The notes beneath the pieces are model-generated. The model did no database searches, was not told the DNA's origin, and saw nothing but the letters and a program-made list of their open reading frames with translations. A program made the position numbers and the translations under genes. Shown here piece by piece: positions 59,560-64,000 of a DNA stretch of 64,000 nt. Position 1 is the first letter of the stretch; every line of letters begins with the position of its first letter. The stretch is from Candidatus Poseidoniales archaeon (lineage in GTDB: Archaea; Thermoplasmatota; Poseidoniia; Poseidoniales; Thalassarchaeaceae), in contig DTUF01000047.1 in the NCBI GenBank assembly GCA_012964335.1, forward strand, positions 13,817 through 77,816, given 5' to 3'.

Positions 59560-60879
59560 TCAAACCCCGCCTGCTTCAACTAGTGATTCTAAGTGTTCAA
59601 CTGAGCGTTTCGCTGCGGCAGCAACTTCTGAATCTTCATCTTGCATGGCATTTGCAAGTATTGGGACAACTGCAGGGAATGGATATCTGGCTAGTATTTC
59701 GACAGCTAATCTTCGGATTGATGCAGATTCATCTTTCGCAGCAATTAGAACCGCATCCATGGCATTCTCTCCTGAAAAATTTGAAAATTGCTTGAGTGCA
59801 GAATATCGCACTTCAAGATCATCATCAAGTAATCCCTGTTTTAGAAGTGGTATATCTGAAGGGTGTGAACTTCTTCCTATTGCTTGATGGGCAAATTTCC
59901 GAACTCCTGCGTCAGAATCTTGAATTGCTTCTTCAAGAATTTCGTTGGCGACTGAATCTTCTAATCGACCTAGAGCCGTGACACATCCCCGTCTCACAAG
60001 TGGGTTTTCATGACGGATGCCTTTGATTAAAGAATCAAAATGGCCAATCATCACAAGTGACGCAGTCGCTGCAGTATGGAGTTTATCTTCCGATAATATC
60101 TCTACCAAGGTTGGTGCGCCTTTGACATCTCCAATCATGCCTAAAGCCTCAATCATTTGGATTCTACTTTCATCATCATTACTTTTATCAGATGCTAATT
60201 CAGATAGTTTCCTAGTCGCTCTATATCCCAGTCTAAAAGCCATTTCCGGATCTTTTCCGGCTACAGCAACTCCTTCTTGAATGGTTTGATTAATACCGAC
60301 AATTCTAATCACCGTTTGAACAATCATATAATCAATAGAGAGGAGAATAAACATCACGAGGTGACGCCCACCAGATGCGTCTAGTTTCACCCCGGAGATA
60401 TGAACGCCATATACTTCTGACCAATCAAGGAACGAGCGGAATAATAGGTCAAGACCAAACAATCCCCAAGTTTTCCAGGTAGACCCTTCTGGTGCATCAA
60501 ATAAATCGAACAATGAATGTGAACTTTGTAGTAACATTGGCACAAGTAGAAACATCTGCAATGCTGCTAAAGCAGCGGTAATCCTTAAATCTGGTAAATT
60601 ATCAGGATTCGCATCGTCTAATTTTTTAGCAATTCTAGCCCGAAATGACTCATTTTGAGCCCAAGCTCTGCCAACTGCGAGAACGCCGATATATCCAATC
60701 CAAAGTACCACAAATCCGAAGATTTCTGGCGCATAAATTGCTATGAAGTAGATGACACTGTAAACTGAAATGAATAGAAAATGTCGTAGAATTGGGTTTA
60801 CGATTGATACACCAAATATTTTTGCGTAACTCGCTAGGAATTCATCCAAGGTGTGAAAGAAGTGCTTTACCCTCTGCAA
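59560..60879 (-). CDS. Membrane protein with C-terminal HEAT/PBS-lyase repeats
   Basis: N-terminal TM helices followed by repeated D....VR..A..ALG units. Confidence 0.8.
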   Translation of the reverse strand: MQRVKHFFHTLDEFLASYAKIFGVSIVNPILRHFLFISVYSVIYFIAIYAPEIFGFVVLWIGYIGVLAVGRAWAQNESFRARIAKKLDDANPDNLPDLRITAALAALQMFLLVPMLLQSSHSLFDLFDAPEGSTWKTWGLFGLDLLFRSFLDWSEVYGVHISGVKLDASGGRHLVMFILLSIDYMIVQTVIRIVGINQTIQEGVAVAGKDPEMAFRLGYRATRKLSELASDKSNDDESRIQMIEALGMIGDVKGAPTLVEILSEDKLHTAATASLVMIGHFDSLIKGIRHENPLVRRGCVTALGRLEDSVANEILEEAIQDSDAGVRKFAHQAIGRSSHPSDIPLLKQGLLDDDLEVRYSALKQFSNFSGENAMDAVLIAAKDESASIRRLAVEILARYPFPAVVPILANAMQDEDSEVAAAAKRSVEHLESLVEAGGV

Positions 60880-61082
60880 TTCAATCCCTCAAAGATGCTA
60901 CGCATCTTGTTTACCCTTTGATGGTTTCAGAGGAAAAAATAGTTTTACGGTCATTTACAAACCAAATAATTGTCACCACCCGTTAGCTTTCCTCAATTAA
61001 CAATATTCGATTAGTCACAATATGTCGCCGTTCCAAAAAGAATGCTCAATATCATAAACATCTACCCCTGCCACAAACAAAT

Positions 61083-61247
61083 ATGCCGCCTGGCTGGTAC
61101 ATTCTGTTACTAGTCTGCGCTCTTTGCGGGGCTGGCGTGTGGTATCTATCAAATTTCACTCAAAAAGTTGAATGGCTCAGGTTGCTATCAGGTATTGGCA
61201 TTTGTTCAATGTTGGCGTTAGTGATTTGGACATGGCAAATTACCTAG
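61083..61247 (+). CDS. Small 54-aa two-TM membrane protein (missing from the ORF track)
   Basis: MPPGWYILLLVCALCGAGVWYLSNFTQKVEWLRLLSGIGICSMLALVIWTWQIT*. The stop runs into GGTGG, just before the next ATG at 61256. Confidence 0.7.
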   Translation: MPPGWYILLLVCALCGAGVWYLSNFTQKVEWLRLLSGIGICSMLALVIWTWQIT

Positions 61248-61255
61248 GTGGTCTG

Positions 61256-61762
61256 ATGTCTGAAGTAAAGGGTAGTGGTGAAGATAGAGAATCTAGTTTA
61301 GTAGGCTCTTTCCCAATACGTGCTCCTGTTTGGTGGGGTAGGAGAGGAGATTCTCGTTCTCATCCCGAATTACCAGGTGTTTCAGGGAGATTCATCCTTT
61401 TATGTCATCCAAAATCATTCCGTAGGTTTGAAGGTATGTTAGCGAAATTATTACGAGCACCGAAAGATCTTCGTCGACCACTTGATGAGATGAATAGCCT
61501 TCTATGGGAATTGAGTAACGGCCACAGGACTTTTGAAGAAATAGTTGAAATCATGGATGAAACTTTTACTGAGCAAATCGCCCCTGCCCCAGAGCGAACC
61601 GAAGCGGCCTTACGATTACTTGGTGAACGTGGTTTTTTATTATTTTCTAAAACAGAATTTGAAGATGTTTGGCTTACAGGACCTGGTATCAATCCTAGTG
61701 GGGAGATTATTCAGATAAATGGAGTTGATACTTCACCCATTGATGGAGATAAAATTGAATAA
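61256..61762 (+). CDS. PqqD/RRE-like domain protein
   Basis: LDEMNSLLWELSNGHRTFEEIVEIMDETF...TEAALRLLGERGFL matches the PqqD pattern. Start reassigned to ATG 61256 (GGTGG SD-like). Confidence 0.7.
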   Translation: MSEVKGSGEDRESSLVGSFPIRAPVWWGRRGDSRSHPELPGVSGRFILLCHPKSFRRFEGMLAKLLRAPKDLRRPLDEMNSLLWELSNGHRTFEEIVEIMDETFTEQIAPAPERTEAALRLLGERGFLLFSKTEFEDVWLTGPGINPSGEIIQINGVDTSPIDGDKIE

Positions 61763-64000
61763 TCAATTTTTACTTCCACATCTACTACAAACTTGCTGTC
61801 CCTGTCTACATTGTGCATGGCTGTATATGCCACAATCAGGGCATTCAATCCATTGGTCCGTATGAGTTAATTTCCTGTCGCAGAAACCGCAATTTACTTG
61901 TGGTAAATTTTGTCCACCTTCTTTATCTAAGTCAATTATTTCCGTTTGTTCTTGTGGAATCGGTTCAGTTTCACCCTCGGAGTTTGGCGGTGAAAGGGTA
62001 TCTAATGCAGATGCTGTATCGGGAAGATTATCCCCCTCTTCCTCACTGACAGTTTGTTCAGTCACACCCAAACTACCGAAGGCTAGATTCAGATTTTGTT
62101 GTTCATTTTGAGGTTGTGGCACAGGTTGTACCTGTTGGTGGGTTACTTGAGTTTGGTGGGATTGAACTTGTTGAGCGTAATCTGCTTGATTCTGATGTGC
62201 TTGATTTGCAGCAGCAACTCCAGCAATTTCATTTCCTTCTTCTCGGCGTAATTCAGCAATCTTATCTTCAGACCAGCCAGCTGCTCTATATTGTTCATCT
62301 GTAATACTACTCTGTTGAGGCATTACAGCAGGTGCGACTTGTTGAGGGATAATGGCACTGGGTTGTGAAACATGTCGTTGGACCGAAGCAACAGGTACAT
62401 CTTCTTCATCGTCATATTCATCATCTTCATCAATAGTTTTTCTCCGTTTATTTATTGCAATAACCATCAAACTAACAAATAACAAGAAAACTAAACCGGC
62501 AACCCCAATCATGACTGGTAATTCTTGGTCAAGTTCAATCAATCCAAAAATTAGACCCCCTTCTTCATTTTTCTCTTCAATAATTGTTAGTTCGGCAATA
62601 GTATACCACAAAGTCTCATTTTCACTGGTAACTGATAGTTCTAATGGAACATAATCTGCTTTGTCTGGTGCGGTAAACTCACAATCCCAGCCAATATTCC
62701 GTCCAGAAGGGTCGTTAGTTGATGGGATAACCAAGTTCCATGCATATGTTGTTTGGTCTAAATTATTACATTTTACAGACCAAGCTTCCCCTTCTGAAAT
62801 GCTAAGTTGTAATTCTTCAGTAAATGAAGAATAACTAGTGACATTTACTTTGAATAGCATTCTTTGTCCTGGATTCAAATCAGATATTTGTGAAAGTGTA
62901 TTTTCAAAGTTCAATTCTCTGTGAGAGGTGATTGTTAGAATTAGTGTCTCGTTGATGGTTTGTGGGTTACCTTGATTGTCGTCACTAGCTTCAAACACAA
63001 TGGAAAAGATCACTCTAGTTCCAACTGGTAAATCTGAAGATACCGTAATCAACCATTGTAATTCTTTATTTTGTTGAGGTGGAAGACCCAAATCCATCCA
63101 TTGGTTCAATTGAAGGCTTGTCCCACCATTTGAGAGAGTTGAAGTAATTCCAGGCAATAGTGTATTTGCAACTATTCGAATGCGCATCGCTCCATCTACA
63201 GCATTTCCGTCATTTAGTACTCCAAGTGTGACTAAATGTATGGAATCAGTTCTTACATCAAGGCTATTTGTACTCATTGAGAGAACTGGCTTTGTAACTC
63301 GATTAGTCCGAATTGAAAAAGAGTAACTATTGTCATCAGGATTCAAGTCGGTTCCATCACTTGGTACAACTGTTACGTCAATATCAATTTCGAGATTTGC
63401 TTCTTCCCCTCCAGGTGGAGTGAAAATAATTTGAACTTGAACGATGTGATTATTTTCGTAAGATGGAGATAGGGAAATAGGGCCGGTTAATTCAGTAGCC
63501 CCCACTTCTATATGATATTGCCAAGTGCTTGGGATCCCTTCTACAATTAGTATCGCATGCTCTGGTCCATTACCATTATTTTCAATCTCAAAAGTAGCTG
63601 AAGAAGATTCACCAGGGGTGACATTCGTTGGATTACCCAAGACTCTGAGGATGATGTCATGGAGCATAGTAACTCTGACCCCACCATAAGCAGTTGAAAG
63701 CGAAGTGGTGCCTGATGATGTACTAGTCACAATTGGAGTAAGAAGTGGTGCTGGGTCACCTGATTGTGCATTCGCAGGGGCAGTCAAGGTGATGAGAATC
63801 CTGCCACTTTCACCTGCTCTTACAACTAATGTAGTGGTTGCCGGAAGTGTTGCATTCCAACCCCGCATATTTGTCGTGTCTAGTGCGAAAGTAAAGGTAT
63901 CCTGACTTGTTGCATTATTCCAGACAGTGAAAGGTATAATTACTGATTCAGTAGGTTCAACCCACCACCCATCAGGGGGGATGTCAACGGGGTTAACACT
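61763..64000 (-). CDS. Partial large surface protein: Ig-like (CARDB/NEW3-like) repeats, TM, Gln-rich linker and C-terminal Cys/His zinc finger
   Basis: Frame stays open to the window end. V.N.GN repeats, a TM, and CGFC...CPDC...H..C...CSRC. Confidence 0.75.
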   Translation of the reverse strand, partial: SVNPVDIPPDGWWVEPTESVIIPFTVWNNATSQDTFTFALDTTNMRGWNATLPATTTLVVRAGESGRILITLTAPANAQSGDPAPLLTPIVTSTSSGTTSLSTAYGGVRVTMLHDIILRVLGNPTNVTPGESSSATFEIENNGNGPEHAILIVEGIPSTWQYHIEVGATELTGPISLSPSYENNHIVQVQIIFTPPGGEEANLEIDIDVTVVPSDGTDLNPDDNSYSFSIRTNRVTKPVLSMSTNSLDVRTDSIHLVTLGVLNDGNAVDGAMRIRIVANTLLPGITSTLSNGGTSLQLNQWMDLGLPPQQNKELQWLITVSSDLPVGTRVIFSIVFEASDDNQGNPQTINETLILTITSHRELNFENTLSQISDLNPGQRMLFKVNVTSYSSFTEELQLSISEGEAWSVKCNNLDQTTYAWNLVIPSTNDPSGRNIGWDCEFTAPDKADYVPLELSVTSENETLWYTIAELTIIEEKNEEGGLIFGLIELDQELPVMIGVAGLVFLLFVSLMVIAINKRRKTIDEDDEYDDEEDVPVASVQRHVSQPSAIIPQQVAPAVMPQQSSITDEQYRAAGWSEDKIAELRREEGNEIAGVAAANQAHQNQADYAQQVQSHQTQVTHQQVQPVPQPQNEQQNLNLAFGSLGVTEQTVSEEEGDNLPDTASALDTLSPPNSEGETEPIPQEQTEIIDLDKEGGQNLPQVNCGFCDRKLTHTDQWIECPDCGIYSHAQCRQGQQVCSRCGSKN

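Noticed and set aside
61172..61255. ORF-track start of the PqqD-like gene at 61172
   Set aside because: It overlaps the more plausible 61083-61247 membrane ORF, and ATG 61256 has an SD-like GGTGG.

Overview
A gene-dense archaeal chromosomal segment, most consistent with a marine Thermoplasmatota genome such as Marine Group II / Ca. Poseidoniales. This is an inference from the geranylgeranyl reductase, tRNA splicing endonuclease, archease, archaeal SRP RNA, PolB2 and several large acidic secreted proteins with DxDxDG repeats. About 44 CDSs and one SRP RNA are supported. I saw no rRNA, tRNA, CRISPR array, integrase or transposase. The most striking locus (4279-8602) combines an intact SRAP/HMCES abasic-site protein, an ImuA-like RadA paralogue with a broken Walker A, a proofreading-deficient PolB2 and its small partner protein. 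It looks like an archaeal 'mutasome'. The two outer promoters of the convergent genes share a long bipartite motif (candidate damage-response box), and PCNA-binding-like motifs are encoded on both strands of a 52-bp 3' overlap. Other highlights: an NAD-linked formate dehydrogenase operon divergent from a TrmB-V4R regulator across a perfect 14-bp palindrome; a structured non-coding region and a Z-DNA/cruciform-prone tract upstream of topA; a TatC-like protein fused to a Cys-rich domain; secreted PNGase F-like and arylsulfotransferase-like enzymes; and an unannotated 54-aa membrane ORF upstream of an orphan PqqD/RRE-like gene. All family calls come from recognising motifs by eye, not from database searches.
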